NCBI GenBank assembly: GCA_036561225.1
Contig: DATBPS010000143.1
Coordinates: 1 to 61,337 of the forward strand
Source: Terriglobales bacterium
Lineage (GTDB): Bacteria > Acidobacteriota > Terriglobia > Terriglobales > SCQP01
DNA: 61,337 nt
Reading direction: 5' to 3'
Part shown: one piece after another, positions 39,131 to 49,066 of the stretch
Position numbering within the stretch: the first letter of the stretch is position 1
How the letters are laid out: each line of letters opens with the position of its first letter
Translations under genes and position numbers: made by a program
Notes under the pieces: generated by a model
What the model saw: the letters and a program-made list of their open reading frames with translations, nothing else
The model's database searches: none
What the model was told of the DNA's origin: nothing

Positions 39131-40156
39131 GTGCCGCAATCCGTATTTCGCAGCCTCTCGCTTGGACTTCTTCTGCTCGGCGTCGGCTGGGTTTGTCCCG
39201 CCCAGCAGTCTCAGCCGCCCAGTCCGGACAGCAGCATTCAGGGTGTGCCGGTAGCCGACAAAGCCACTGCCAAGAAGCTGAAAGCGGAAGACAACGTGGC
39301 GCTGATCGGGCGCCGGGATGTGGGTAACGGCCTCGACTTTTACAGTCAGCAGAAAGAGATCGCTCTGGGACAGGGGCTGGCGCAGCAGGTGATGGAGCAG
39401 AGCAAGGTCATCACCGACCCGGAAGTGAATGAGTACATCAACCGGCTGGCGCAGAACCTGGTGCGCAACTCCGACGCCAAGGTGCCCTTCACGGTGCACG
39501 TGCTGCAGGATGATTCCATCAACGCCTTTGCCCTGCCGGGAGGATTTTTTTTCGTGAACAGCGGCATCATCCTGGCCTGCAAGGAAGAGGACGAGCTGGC
39601 GGGAGCGATGGCGCATGAAATAGCCCACGTGGCGGCACGGCACGGCACCCGGAATGCCAGCAAGGCGGAGCTGCTGCAGTTGCTGACCATCCCGGCGGTG
39701 ATCGTGGCCGGGCCCGGGCTGGCGGGCCTCGGCGCCCAGGAGGCGGCCTCGGCGATCGTGCCCATGCAGTTCGAGCGCTTCAGCCGGGGGGCGGAGCAGG
39801 AGGCGGACTGGCTGGGAACCCAGTACCTGTGGAAAGCCGGTTATGACCCCAACGGTATGACCCGCGCGTTCGAGATTATCGAGTCGGATGAGAAGCAGAA
39901 GCCGGGACTGGTGTCGCGGCTGTTTGCCAGTCATCCCCAGACACCCGACCGGATAGCGTTGACAGATAAAGAGATCTCGACCATTCTGCCGCCCAAGCCG
40001 GACTACATCGTGACCACCTCTGACTTTCAACGGATGCAGGCGCGGTTGCGGGCGCTGATCAAGTCGAAAGTCGAAACCGGGGTCAGCGTGCCGGGCGGGG
40101 TGCCCAGGCCAGCGACTGTGCCCAAAGTGGATGGGCCGCCGATCATCAAGCACTGA
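39131..40156 (+). CDS. secreted M48 family metallopeptidase
   Basis: Signal peptide and the HEIAHVAARH zinc motif. Confidence 0.88.
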   Translation: MPQSVFRSLSLGLLLLGVGWVCPAQQSQPPSPDSSIQGVPVADKATAKKLKAEDNVALIGRRDVGNGLDFYSQQKEIALGQGLAQQVMEQSKVITDPEVNEYINRLAQNLVRNSDAKVPFTVHVLQDDSINAFALPGGFFFVNSGIILACKEEDELAGAMAHEIAHVAARHGTRNASKAELLQLLTIPAVIVAGPGLAGLGAQEAASAIVPMQFERFSRGAEQEADWLGTQYLWKAGYDPNGMTRAFEIIESDEKQKPGLVSRLFASHPQTPDRIALTDKEISTILPPKPDYIVTTSDFQRMQARLRALIKSKVETGVSVPGGVPRPATVPKVDGPPIIKH

Positions 40157-40232
40157 TTCCGGATTGGGGCGCCAGGGTGGGGCTGAAAAAAAAGGTGTCA
40201 TCCTTTGGCCTGATGGCTTCGTCTAAACTGGC

Positions 40233-40502
40233 ATGGAAGTTACAGCGAGGTCAGGCATGATTGGGAGCTCGAATCAACTGCAGCGGTCGTTGGCCGAACT
40301 GAAGCGGGAGCAGGCGCGGCTGCAAGAGGCGATCCGGATTCTGGAGGAGTTGGTGACGGGATCCAAGAGCACGCGGCTGAGTGCCGAGGGGCGGGCGCGC
40401 ATCTCGGAGGCGGCGAAGAAGCGCTGGGAAGAGCATCGCCGCAAGGCGGGCAAGCAGCTGCGGCCCACGCGGGCGCACGGCGGCGAGCGGCACGCGGCGT
40501 AA
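40233..40502 (+). CDS. hypothetical small basic coiled-coil protein
   Basis: 89 aa with LAELKREQARLQEAIRILEEL and SAEGRARISEAAKKRWEEH. There is no family I can name, so coding status is uncertain. Confidence 0.35.
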   Translation: MEVTARSGMIGSSNQLQRSLAELKREQARLQEAIRILEELVTGSKSTRLSAEGRARISEAAKKRWEEHRRKAGKQLRPTRAHGGERHAA

Positions 40503-40668
40503 TTGATCGCAAGCGGGCATTCACTGATCGCGGGCGTCCGGCTTCGCCGCCCGCTCTCGTAGGCCGCCGGTGACGCTCTGCCGGGGGCCCCTGCGCCCCG
40601 GCAGCGCGCGCGCGGGACATCGCGAGCGCCCTGGCTTCGCATTCCAGAGAGGCGGGGTGCAAGCCGGA

Positions 40669-41640
40669 TTAGCTCAGGTAGCGGGCCAGGGCGGCAGGGT
40701 CGAGGTTGCCGCCACTGACGATGGCGCCAATGCGGCGGTGGCCAGTGACGGCCTGGGTCATGAGAGCGGCGACGGCGGCGGCGCCGGAAGGCTCAGCGAG
40801 GATCTTCATGCGCAGCAGCATCAGGCGCAGAGCGGCAATTAACTGATCGTCGGTGACGGTGACGACTCCCGCCAAGTGCTGGCGCATGATGGCGAAGGTA
40901 AGCTCTCCCGGTTGCACGGTGCGCAGGCCATCAGCGATGGTGGGGTTGTCGGCAATGGGGGTGATCACGCCCCGCTGCAGGGAGAGTTGCACATCGGCGG
41001 CGGTGGCCGGCTCCACGCCGTAGACCTTGATATTAGGATTCAGGCCGTGGGCGGCGAGGGCGGAGCCGGAGATCAGGCCGCCGCCGCCAACCGGCACTAC
41101 AATCGCCTCGAGATCGGGGACCTCCTGCAATAACTCCAGGGCGGCGGTGCCGGCTCCGGCGATGATGCGCGGGTCGTCGAAGGGGGGAACCAAAACGCGG
41201 TTGAGCTGCTGAACCAGCTCGGCAGCAAACGATTCGCGATTGACCTTGGCGCGATCGTAGAGGTGGACCTCGCCTCCGAAGGCCCGCACGGCGTCGAGTT
41301 TGGCCTGGGGAGCGTCGGTGGGCATGACCAGTGCCGCCTGAATGCCCAGGTCACGCGCCGCCAAGGCCACTGCCTGGGCGTGATTGCCGCTGGAGAAGGC
41401 CAACACTCCCTGGCGCTTTTCGTCCGCGGTTAACTGCAGCAGGCGGTTGGTTGCGCCGCGAAATTTGAAGGCGCCGGCGCGCTGGAAGTTCTCACATTTG
41501 AGGAAGACTTGCGTTTGTCCGCTGGCATCCACGGCCAGGTCCAAGGAGCGGGAATGCAGCACCGGAGTGCGGGCGATGCGGCCGGCGATGCGCTCATGGG
41601 CAGCGCGCACGTCATCGAAGGCAGGCAGGTGTCGGGTCAT
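40669..41640 (-). CDS. PLP-dependent threonine/serine dehydratase (catabolic type, no ACT domain)
   Basis: KCENFQRAGAFKFRGATN lysine motif and SSGNHAQAVA. Confidence 0.88.
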   Translation of the reverse strand: MTRHLPAFDDVRAAHERIAGRIARTPVLHSRSLDLAVDASGQTQVFLKCENFQRAGAFKFRGATNRLLQLTADEKRQGVLAFSSGNHAQAVALAARDLGIQAALVMPTDAPQAKLDAVRAFGGEVHLYDRAKVNRESFAAELVQQLNRVLVPPFDDPRIIAGAGTAALELLQEVPDLEAIVVPVGGGGLISGSALAAHGLNPNIKVYGVEPATAADVQLSLQRGVITPIADNPTIADGLRTVQPGELTFAIMRQHLAGVVTVTDDQLIAALRLMLLRMKILAEPSGAAAVAALMTQAVTGHRRIGAIVSGGNLDPAALARYLS

Positions 41641-41667
41641 TCCGCAATCATACAGGTGCGGTAGTCT

Positions 41668-42375
41668 TTGGACATGTCCGTGTCCACAACCGCCCCCCTA
41701 TGCCTGGGACATCGTGGGCATCGTTGTCCCGGATGGCTGGAGACGGAGAACTCGCTGGCGGCGTTTGACCGGGCGTTGGCGGAGGGGTGTGACGGATTGG
41801 AACTGGACCTGCGGTTGAGTGGAGACGGGCGCGTGGTGGTGCACCATGATGCCGAGCTGCGGCACCAAGGGGATACGGTGGTCATCGCGCAGACCGGCCT
41901 GCGCAGCCTGCGGCGCATGCATCCGGAGTTGGCCACCCTGGATCAGGTACTGCGGCGCTATCGCGATCGCGCGTGGCTCGATCTCGAAGTCAAGGCTCCC
42001 GAAGCGCTGCCCGGCGTGGTCGCCCTACTGCACCGGTGGGCGCCGAGGCGTGGATATGTGGTGAGCAGTTTTGATCCTTCTGTGCTGGCCCAACTGGCCC
42101 GCCTGGCGCCGGAAGCGCCGCGCTGCCTGAACCTGAAGCGTCCGGCCAGCCTGCGCCGGCTGCGGGCCGCGAACGTGGGTTGGATAGCTCCCCAGCAGAC
42201 CCTGTGTTCGGCCTGGTACGTGAAGCGCTTGCGCCGCCACGGCTGGCAGGTGCTGGTGTGGACGGTGAACCACCCGGCGCGTATGCGGTTGCTGGCCCGC
42301 GCCGGCGTGGCGGCTCTCTGCTCCGATCTGCCCGCACGACTGGTACGCACCGTGGGCCAAGTCGCCGCGAAGTAG
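41668..42375 (+). CDS. glycerophosphodiester phosphodiesterase family protein
   Basis: GHRGH...ENSLAAFDRALAEGCDGLELDLRLSGDGRVVVHHD. Confidence 0.82.
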   Translation: MDMSVSTTAPLCLGHRGHRCPGWLETENSLAAFDRALAEGCDGLELDLRLSGDGRVVVHHDAELRHQGDTVVIAQTGLRSLRRMHPELATLDQVLRRYRDRAWLDLEVKAPEALPGVVALLHRWAPRRGYVVSSFDPSVLAQLARLAPEAPRCLNLKRPASLRRLRAANVGWIAPQQTLCSAWYVKRLRRHGWQVLVWTVNHPARMRLLARAGVAALCSDLPARLVRTVGQVAAK

Positions 42376-42423
42376 GTCACCGCACACAGCCTGAGCTGCG
42401 ACGGCAGCATCTTTTTCACCAGT

Positions 42424-43188
42424 ATGGATCCGGCGATGGAGATGGACGCGAGTGCCATTCGCGAACAGGTCGAGCGTCTGGGCGACTGGTTCCAGAACCT
42501 TGATCTGAAAGGCGTACCTACGGCTCCCCATCATTTTTTGGGCGACTATCCGGGGTCGAAGTGGCGGCAGGTGGCTACCGCGCTGCCGGAGCGGTTCGAT
42601 GGCTTAAGCGTGCTCGATATCGGCTGCAACGCCGGATTTCATGCGCTGGAGTGCAAGCGCCGGGGAGCGGCTTATGTGGTGGGCATGGACGCCGATCCGC
42701 GATACCTGGCGCAGGCGCGTTTCGCCGCCGATGTGCTCGACCTGGAAGTCGAGTGGCGGGAGATGTCGGTGTACCACCTGGGCGACCTACAGCGGCAGTT
42801 TGACTACGTTTTCTTTCTGGGGGTGTTCTACCACCTGCGCTATCCCTTGTACGCCCTCGATCTGGCGGTGTCGCTGGTGCGGCAGCGACTGGTGTTTCAA
42901 ACCATGTTGCGAGGCGATCAGGGCGGCGCAGCGCCCGCCAAGGACTACAACTTTTGGGACCGTTCACCCTTCGCGCAGCCCAGCTTTCCGCGCATGTACT
43001 TTATCGAGAACAGCTACGCCGGCGACCGGACCAACTGGTGGATTCCCAATGCGGCGGCGGCGGAAGCCATGCTGCGCTCCAGTGGATTGTCCATCCTGGC
43101 GCATCCGGAGGCGGAGACATGGGTGTGCGCTCCCAATCCGCAGGCGCGCGGTCCGGTGCGGGAGCTGGAACTGGAGGCGCGGCTGTGA
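42424..43188 (+). CDS. class I SAM-dependent methyltransferase, CmoB/DUF1698-like
   Basis: WFQNLDLKGVPT... and VLDIGCNAGFHALECKRRGAAYVVGMD (SAM motif I). Confidence 0.85.
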   Translation: MDPAMEMDASAIREQVERLGDWFQNLDLKGVPTAPHHFLGDYPGSKWRQVATALPERFDGLSVLDIGCNAGFHALECKRRGAAYVVGMDADPRYLAQARFAADVLDLEVEWREMSVYHLGDLQRQFDYVFFLGVFYHLRYPLYALDLAVSLVRQRLVFQTMLRGDQGGAAPAKDYNFWDRSPFAQPSFPRMYFIENSYAGDRTNWWIPNAAAAEAMLRSSGLSILAHPEAETWVCAPNPQARGPVRELELEARL

Positions 43189-44477
43189 AGTTTGCCCTGG
43201 TGCAGCCGAACTGGGATTTTCACGGATCCACCTACTTCGGGTGTCCCGACACGCACCTGCCGCTGGAGTTGCTGTACGCGCGGCAGAACCTGGAAGTGAA
43301 CGGCCAGGAGGTGATGCTGCTCGATGCCCATCTGGAGCAGTTGTCGCCGGAAGCGGCCGGACGGCGGGTGCAGGACTTTGAACCCGACATTGTGGTCATG
43401 ACCACGGCGCCGACCTATCTGTTTTGGCGATGCCCCCAGCCCGAGCTGCGTCTGCCGGCGGTATGGATGCAGCATTTGCGCGGTGCCTGCCCGGGGGCGG
43501 TCACGGTGGCGATAGGGCCGCATGGCTCGGCAACGCCCGCGGCTGCGCTGAACAAACTCGATTGCGACCTGGTGGTGCGGGGCGAGGCGGATGAGGTGCT
43601 GGCCAAAATCGGCAGCCACAACGGGAGGGATCTGCCCGGTTGTGCCTGGCGCCAAGACGGCGTGGTGCATGTCAACCCGGGGCACAATCAAGCTGAGTTG
43701 AGCCGGTCGGAGAGGCTCGACCTCAGCCGCTATCCACTCTCGCTACGCCAGCATCGCCACCATGTTTTCCACGGCTCGGGTCGCGGGGCCGAGGTTGAGG
43801 CCAGCCGCGGGTGTCCGTGGGCGTGCAGCTTCTGCAACAAGACGCTGTTTCGCAACCAGTTCCGGGACCGTCCGGTGGCGTCTGTGGTGGCCGAGGTGGA
43901 AACGCTGGCGGGCGCCGGTTTCGATTACGTCTACTTCATTGACGAAATCTTCGGCTGCGCCCGCTCGACGCCGGAGCTGTTGGGGGCACTGACCACGCTG
44001 CCAGTTCAATTCGGCATTCAGACCCGCATCGACCTATGGAACGAGGACACGCTGGCCCAGTTGGGCGCGGCCGGCTGCATTTCGCTGGAGTGCGGCATCG
44101 AATCGGTGACGCCGGAGGGCCGCGCCCGCTTCCGCAAAGGCTGCAAGCTGGGCACGGACCGCATTCAGAGCCTGTTGCGCGCCGCGCGGCGACATATCCC
44201 CTGGGTGCAGGCCAACCTGATCGCCGACGACGAAGATGACATGGACGCCATTTCCGCCTGGCGGGCGGCGCTGATCGCCGACGGCGTATGGGCCAGCCAA
44301 CCGGTACCGGTGTTTGCCTTCCCCGGCACACCGCTATACCAGAAGATGTTCGGTCCTCCCGATGACCAGGCTTGGGAGCGAGCCCACCACCATTACCTCG
44401 AGGTCAACCAGGCCCGGGGATACTACAGCGATATTCAGGATCCGCGGCCGCGGACGCTGACGGAGTTGGAAACCTAA
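43185..44477 (+). CDS. B12-binding domain-containing radical SAM protein
   Basis: The N-terminal Rossmann-like cobalamin domain (DIVVMTT) is followed by EASRGCPWACSFCNK (Cx3Cx2C). The GTG start overlaps the methyltransferase stop (GTGA). Confidence 0.88.
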   Translation: MKFALVQPNWDFHGSTYFGCPDTHLPLELLYARQNLEVNGQEVMLLDAHLEQLSPEAAGRRVQDFEPDIVVMTTAPTYLFWRCPQPELRLPAVWMQHLRGACPGAVTVAIGPHGSATPAAALNKLDCDLVVRGEADEVLAKIGSHNGRDLPGCAWRQDGVVHVNPGHNQAELSRSERLDLSRYPLSLRQHRHHVFHGSGRGAEVEASRGCPWACSFCNKTLFRNQFRDRPVASVVAEVETLAGAGFDYVYFIDEIFGCARSTPELLGALTTLPVQFGIQTRIDLWNEDTLAQLGAAGCISLECGIESVTPEGRARFRKGCKLGTDRIQSLLRAARRHIPWVQANLIADDEDDMDAISAWRAALIADGVWASQPVPVFAFPGTPLYQKMFGPPDDQAWERAHHHYLEVNQARGYYSDIQDPRPRTLTELET

Positions 44478-44860
44478 CGCAAACCGCGGCGTGTGGCGGG
44501 CAAAAGCAACAACACCAACTGGGTCAGCAGAATGGGTGTGGCGACACCCAAATACCAGGAACTGGCGACGATCAGCACCAGCATCGCCTTCCAGCTCGTC
44601 ACCCGGTTTTGAAAGAGGAACAGGTTGGGGACGAACATCCACAGTGCGCCAAAGGCTGTGGTCAACCACGCCATCGCCGGCACCGGTCCGCGGGGCAGGG
44701 TGGCGGCCAACGGCAGGTAGGCTCCAGTGATGCAGAAGGTAAGCCCATCCACCAGCATCCAGGTGCCGAGAAGGAAGCCGAGGACGATGGCGGCTTGTCC
44801 GGTAGGGGCGGGGAAGCTGCCAGACAGCACCCGGGTGTGAGTAGTGTGAGCGGTGCTCAT
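44474..44860 (-). CDS. hypothetical 4-TM membrane protein; start uncertain
   Basis: 128 aa, hydrophobic. The stop overlaps the radical SAM stop. There is no SD, and a terminator-like hairpin abuts the ATG. Confidence 0.5.
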   Translation of the reverse strand: MSTAHTTHTRVLSGSFPAPTGQAAIVLGFLLGTWMLVDGLTFCITGAYLPLAATLPRGPVPAMAWLTTAFGALWMFVPNLFLFQNRVTSWKAMLVLIVASSWYLGVATPILLTQLVLLLLPATRRGLR

Positions 44861-44863
44861 GGC

Positions 44864-44905
44864 CCAAAAAACATCAAGGGCGCGGGGAGGTCATTCCGCG
44901 CCCTT
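44864..44905 (-). terminator. intrinsic terminator downstream of pgeF
   Basis: On the minus strand AAGGGCGCGG-10 nt loop-CCGCGCCCUU is followed by GAUGUUUUUUGG. Confidence 0.6.
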
Positions 44906-44960
44906 GGCAAAACTTACTGCCCGAAGTTAAGCAAATTCTAATCGCATTTTGTATAAAATT

Positions 44961-45734
44961 TCAAGCAAACTTCTGCACTACGTCAATAGCAGACAGTAGA
45001 CGGCCCGTGTCGCCGCGGCGGTGGGAGTACCAGCGGGCCCTTTCGCAGGCGGTGCAGGCAGAGATTGTCTCTACTGCCGCATCAGAAACGCCTGATTCCA
45101 CGAGCTGCTGGCGGAGGGCCGCATGGAGGTCCAGGCGGTGGGCAGGGGTGTGGTTCCAGCGGGGATCATAGGGATGGCCGGGAGGGGCACCTGTCATAAA
45201 CAGCATGGGATAGCGGCTGCGAACCGGGTCGGGTTCTGCGGCAAAGAACCAGCGCTCGGAATTGGAGAAGCGCGCGGCGAAGGCGGAGCGCACGTCCTCG
45301 CCCACCTCATAGCAGCAGGAGCCGATGCAGGGGCCAAGGGCGGCACGAATTTCTTGCGGACGGGTTCCGAACTGCGACTGCATCTCTCCCACGGCGATGG
45401 CGGCGATACGAGCCACCGTGCCGCGCCACCCGGCGTGCACAGCCGCCACGACGCGCTGGCGCGTGTCCACCAAAAGTACCGGGCAGCAATCGGCGGTGCG
45501 GATGGTGAGCAGCCGGCCCGGATGTTGGGTAATCATTCCGTCCCCCGCCTGGCCCGGTTCCGGGTCTACCCACACCATGGCGCTATGCACCTGGCGCAGC
45601 ATCAGGAGTTTCGGGTGCCGCCGCGGCTCAGTTGATGGGTGGCTGAGTCCGCTGACCCGCGTCCCAAAGCCGTGCCGCAGCCAGGGAATCGCGCTGAGAT
45701 TGCGCGCCCGCACCAACCCTGGATCGTGGCCCAT
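44961..45734 (-). CDS. pgeF: peptidoglycan editing factor PgeF (YfiH/DUF152, laccase-domain protein)
   Basis: TADCCPVLLVD and VAAVHAGWRGTV motifs. Confidence 0.9.
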   Translation of the reverse strand: MGHDPGLVRARNLSAIPWLRHGFGTRVSGLSHPSTEPRRHPKLLMLRQVHSAMVWVDPEPGQAGDGMITQHPGRLLTIRTADCCPVLLVDTRQRVVAAVHAGWRGTVARIAAIAVGEMQSQFGTRPQEIRAALGPCIGSCCYEVGEDVRSAFAARFSNSERWFFAAEPDPVRSRYPMLFMTGAPPGHPYDPRWNHTPAHRLDLHAALRQQLVESGVSDAAVETISACTACERARWYSHRRGDTGRLLSAIDVVQKFA

Positions 45735-45785
45735 GCCTTGAGTCTACCAAGTGGCACGGCCACCGCTCGCGGCAGGCAGGGGCGG

Positions 45786-46856
45786 CTAACGCCGAGAGGA
45801 GGTGGCGGCGGCGCGCGGGAGGGGCGCGGGGGCCTCTTCCTTTGCCGCGGGGGAGGGTTCACCGCTGGGGAGGCCGAGAGCCTTGCGCATCTCGGTCTCC
45901 AGCTTCTTGAGGATGTCGGGGTGGTCGGTGAGGAACTGTTTGGCGTTTTCGCGTCCCTGGCCGATGCGCTCGCCCTTGTAGGAGTACCAGGAGCCGGACT
46001 TCTCGACGATGTTCTTTTCGGTGCCGATGTCCACCAGGTCGCCGGTGAGTGAGATGCCCTCGCCGTACATGATGTCGAACTCGGCCTCGCGGAAGGGCGC
46101 CGCGACTTTATTTTTCACCACCTTGGCGCGGGTGCGGTTGCCGATCACGGCGTCGCCGTCCTTGATGGCGGCGATGCGACGGATGTCAATGCGGACCGAG
46201 GAGTAGAACTTGAGGGCGCGGCCGCCGGTGGTGGTTTCCGGGCTGCCGAACATGACGCCGATTTTTTCGCGGATCTGGTTGATGAAGATGAGCGCGGTGC
46301 GCGACTTCGACACCAGGCCGGTAAGTTTGCGCAACGCCTGCGACATCAGCCGCGCCTGCAGGCCGACATGGCTGTCGCCCATTTCGCCGTCGAGCTCAGC
46401 CTTGGGGACCAGCGCCGCCACCGAGTCCACCACCAGCACGTCGACGGCGCTGGAGCGGACCAGGGCCTCGGCAATTTCCAACGCCTGTTCGCCGAAGTCG
46501 GGCTGGGAGACGAGCAGGTTGTCAATGTCCACCCCCAGTTTGCGGGCGTAGGCGGGGTCGAGGGCGTGCTCGGCGTCCACGAAGGCGGCCATGCCGCCGG
46601 CCTTCTGTGCCTGGGCGATGACCTGCAGCGCCAGGGTGGTCTTGCCCGAGGATTCCGGACCGAAGATCTCGATCACGCGGCCGCGCGGCACCCCGCCCAC
46701 GCCCAGAGCGGCGTCGAGCGACAGCGCGCCGGTGGGGATAACGGAGATGGGCACAATGGCGTTGGTGGTGCCCAGGCGCATGATGGAGCCTTTACCGAAT
46801 TGCTTTTCGATTTGGGCCAGGGCGGCTTCAATGGCACGGCTGCGTTCGTCCGACAT
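45786..46856 (-). CDS. recA: recombinase RecA
   Basis: 356 aa. [14 protein letters not shown] and [12 protein letters not shown]. The track ORF extends upstream spuriously to 47900. Confidence 0.98.
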   Translation of the reverse strand: MSDERSRAIEAALAQIEKQFGKGSIMRLGTTNAIVPISVIPTGALSLDAALGVGGVPRGRVIEIFGPESSGKTTLALQVIAQAQKAGGMAAFVDAEHALDPAYARKLGVDIDNLLVSQPDFGEQALEIAEALVRSSAVDVLVVDSVAALVPKAELDGEMGDSHVGLQARLMSQALRKLTGLVSKSRTALIFINQIREKIGVMFGSPETTTGGRALKFYSSVRIDIRRIAAIKDGDAVIGNRTRAKVVKNKVAAPFREAEFDIMYGEGISLTGDLVDIGTEKNIVEKSGSWYSYKGERIGQGRENAKQFLTDHPDILKKLETEMRKALGLPSGEPSPAAKEEAPAPLPRAAATSSRR

Positions 46857-46921
46857 GGGGGGATGATAGCACGTGCCGGGGGCGAAGAAAAGGCGAAGAC
46901 CACCCTTCGGGGTGGCGGGTA

Positions 46922-48520
46922 TCAGGAGAGGAGCGAAGGGGGAGTAGCGGCGGGAGGGCGGGAGAAGTAGATCTGGTAGCGGCGCGTGAGTGCGGCGGCA
47001 GCCTCGGCAGCGCCGCCGGGGGGACGGAGGTCGGAGCGCAGGCCCTGGACAAAGTACATGTCGTGCGCCTTGCCTTCCTTGGTGGGCACGGCGCCGCGGA
47101 AGTCGGCGGCAAAAAAATCCTTGATGCGGTGATAGGTGATGGAGGAGATGTTGATGCGGTTGGCTTCGCCGGTGGCTTCCAGACGGGCGGCGAAGTTGAC
47201 CGTGTCGCCCCACACGTCGAAGGCGAATTTGTGGATGCCCACCACGCCGGCCGCCACCGGTCCGGTATGAATGCCGATGCGCACCGGCCACTGGCACTGG
47301 AACTCGCGATTGCACTCGGCCACCGCTTCCTCCAGGGCGAAGGCGGCCAGCACGGCGTCCACCGGATGGGAGGAGTTCTTGATCGGAATGCCGCCGGCGC
47401 ACATGTAGGCGTCGCCGATGGTTTTCAGCTTTTCCAGGCCGTAGGCGGCCACCACGCGGTCGAAGCGGGTGAAGTAGCCGTTCAGGCGGCGCAGCAGCTC
47501 CTCCACCGGCAGATTTTCGCTGGCGCGGGTGAAGCCGACGAAATCGGTGAACAGGATGGTGACATCCTCGAAGTAGCGCGGCGACACTTCGCCGCTGGTT
47601 TGCAGCTCGGCGGCGATGGCGGCGGGAAGAATGTTGAGCAGCAGGCCCTCGGAACGGCGTCGCTGCTCTTCGATCTCGAGATTCTTGTCCTCCAGCAGGC
47701 GATTGCTCTCCTCCAGTTCCAGGCTGCGGCGGCGCACGTTGTCCTGAGCGGTGGCGAGGGAGGCGGCCATCTGGTTGAAGCCGGCGCCCAACTGGCCGAA
47801 TTCGTCCGGGCGGGCGCGCAGGCGGTGGTCCAGGCCACCGCGTCCCCAGGCGGCGGCGCCGGCCATGAGGTCGCCGAGGGCGCCGGCCACGTCGCGCCAC
47901 ATGCGCAGGGCGATAACCAGGGCGATCAACAGGGTGAAGACAAAGATGCCGATGCTCACCCGGTCGGTAATCCGCGCCACGCGGGCGAAGTCGGCCTTGG
48001 CCTGGGTGACACGCGCGTCCTCGGCCTTTTTCAACTCCGGCAGGCGGCGCTGGAACAGTTCGGTGCTGAGCGGATCGGCGTGCAGCGCCAGCTCGACCAC
48101 GGCCACGTCGGGATGCACACCGATGTTCTGGTAGTAGCGCAGCCAGGATTGCGCCAATTGTTCAGTGTTGGCCTGGAACGCCGCCAGGTTGGGGCGTTCG
48201 GCGTCATCGGCCTGGGCGGTGAGGCTGCCCACGGACTTCGCCAGCCCGTCCAGCTGCAGTTGGAACTGGCTGATCTCGCTGGGGCTGGCTGCGGCCGCGC
48301 CAGTGCCTTCGCTCAGGCTGCTGAGCAGGGTGATTTGTTTGTGCAGGTCGTCGAGTTTTTGATTGACCTGGGCGATCAGTCCAGCGCGCGCCAGGTCATG
48401 GCTGAGGCTGTTGACCATCAGGTTGCGCTGGTGCGCGCCCCAGAGGTATATCGCCAGGTTGACGCCGAACAGCGCCAGAATGACGCCAAACGACAGGCTG
48501 AGCTTCCGCCGAATCGTCAT
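46922..48520 (-). CDS. membrane-bound class III adenylate cyclase with periplasmic sensor region (CHASE3-like) and HAMP domain
   Basis: TM-sensor-TM-HAMP architecture. The catalytic domain has [16 protein letters not shown] and [15 protein letters not shown], with Lys/Asp specificity residues consistent with ATP. Confidence 0.9.
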   Translation of the reverse strand: MTIRRKLSLSFGVILALFGVNLAIYLWGAHQRNLMVNSLSHDLARAGLIAQVNQKLDDLHKQITLLSSLSEGTGAAAASPSEISQFQLQLDGLAKSVGSLTAQADDAERPNLAAFQANTEQLAQSWLRYYQNIGVHPDVAVVELALHADPLSTELFQRRLPELKKAEDARVTQAKADFARVARITDRVSIGIFVFTLLIALVIALRMWRDVAGALGDLMAGAAAWGRGGLDHRLRARPDEFGQLGAGFNQMAASLATAQDNVRRRSLELEESNRLLEDKNLEIEEQRRRSEGLLLNILPAAIAAELQTSGEVSPRYFEDVTILFTDFVGFTRASENLPVEELLRRLNGYFTRFDRVVAAYGLEKLKTIGDAYMCAGGIPIKNSSHPVDAVLAAFALEEAVAECNREFQCQWPVRIGIHTGPVAAGVVGIHKFAFDVWGDTVNFAARLEATGEANRINISSITYHRIKDFFAADFRGAVPTKEGKAHDMYFVQGLRSDLRPPGGAAEAAAALTRRYQIYFSRPPAATPPSLLS

Positions 48521-48532
48521 GGCGCGGGGCCG

Positions 48533-49057
48533 CTATTGCAGCGGATAGCCTTTGTCGCCGGGTTTTAGGCCGTTGATGGTCAGCACCTTGGGGCCGGGGC
48601 GGACATCGCTGGCTTCGAGGAAACCAATCGCGCCGGGAATGGCCACCACCAGCTCATTGGTGGCGGATGCGCCATAGACGATCTTGGGGCCGGTGGCCAT
48701 CTCGTCACGGAAGATCTTGGCGATCCAGTACTGGCGGAACTCGGCCTCGCTCATCTGGTAGATGGTGTGCAGCACCACGTTGCGCTCCGGCGCCACCGGG
48801 GCGCGCACCAGCAGCACAATGGGATCGTGGTTGGGCCAGAACTGGCGGTTGCCCAGCATGATGCTGCGCAGATCCGACAGGCTGAGATTGTTGACCGGGG
48901 AAGCGGGGTTGACGAGGATGGCGACCGGGGTGCGGGCGCCATGGCCCGCTTGCGGCGGCGGCGTGCGCCAGGCCGCCAGGGCGGCCATCGCCAGCAGCGC
49001 CAGCCCCATCAGCCCCAGGCCCGCGCCGTGTATCGCTCCTTTGCCGGAGTGGTTCAT
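48533..49057 (-). CDS. periplasmic substrate-binding-protein-like (PstS/PBP-like fragment) protein
   Basis: N-terminal anchor/signal, then LSLSDLRSIMLGNRQFWPN...VLLVRAPVAPE, a pattern seen in phosphate-binding-protein-like domains. It lies 12 nt upstream of the cyclase. Confidence 0.65.
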   Translation of the reverse strand: MNHSGKGAIHGAGLGLMGLALLAMAALAAWRTPPPQAGHGARTPVAILVNPASPVNNLSLSDLRSIMLGNRQFWPNHDPIVLLVRAPVAPERNVVLHTIYQMSEAEFRQYWIAKIFRDEMATGPKIVYGASATNELVVAIPGAIGFLEASDVRPGPKVLTINGLKPGDKGYPLQ

Positions 49058-49066
49058 ATACGTACC

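Noticed and set aside
40503-40668. 167-nt spacer with a TGATCGC duplication and a CTGCCGGGG...CCCCGGCAG hairpin, considered as an sRNA or tRNA
   Set aside because: There is no tRNA-like T-arm or anticodon architecture and no U tract. It most likely holds terminator hairpins between convergent genes, and there is not enough evidence to call an RNA gene.
42376-44960. RiPP precursor peptide next to the B12 radical SAM gene
   Set aside because: The 48-nt upstream spacer and the downstream region contain no plausible short peptide ORF. The downstream ORF is a 4-TM membrane protein on the opposite strand.
46857-47900. Upstream extension of the recA ORF (704 aa in the track)
   Set aside because: RecA begins at [13 protein letters not shown] (46856). 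The extension overlaps the adenylate cyclase gene in another frame and is an Arg/Pro-rich artefact.
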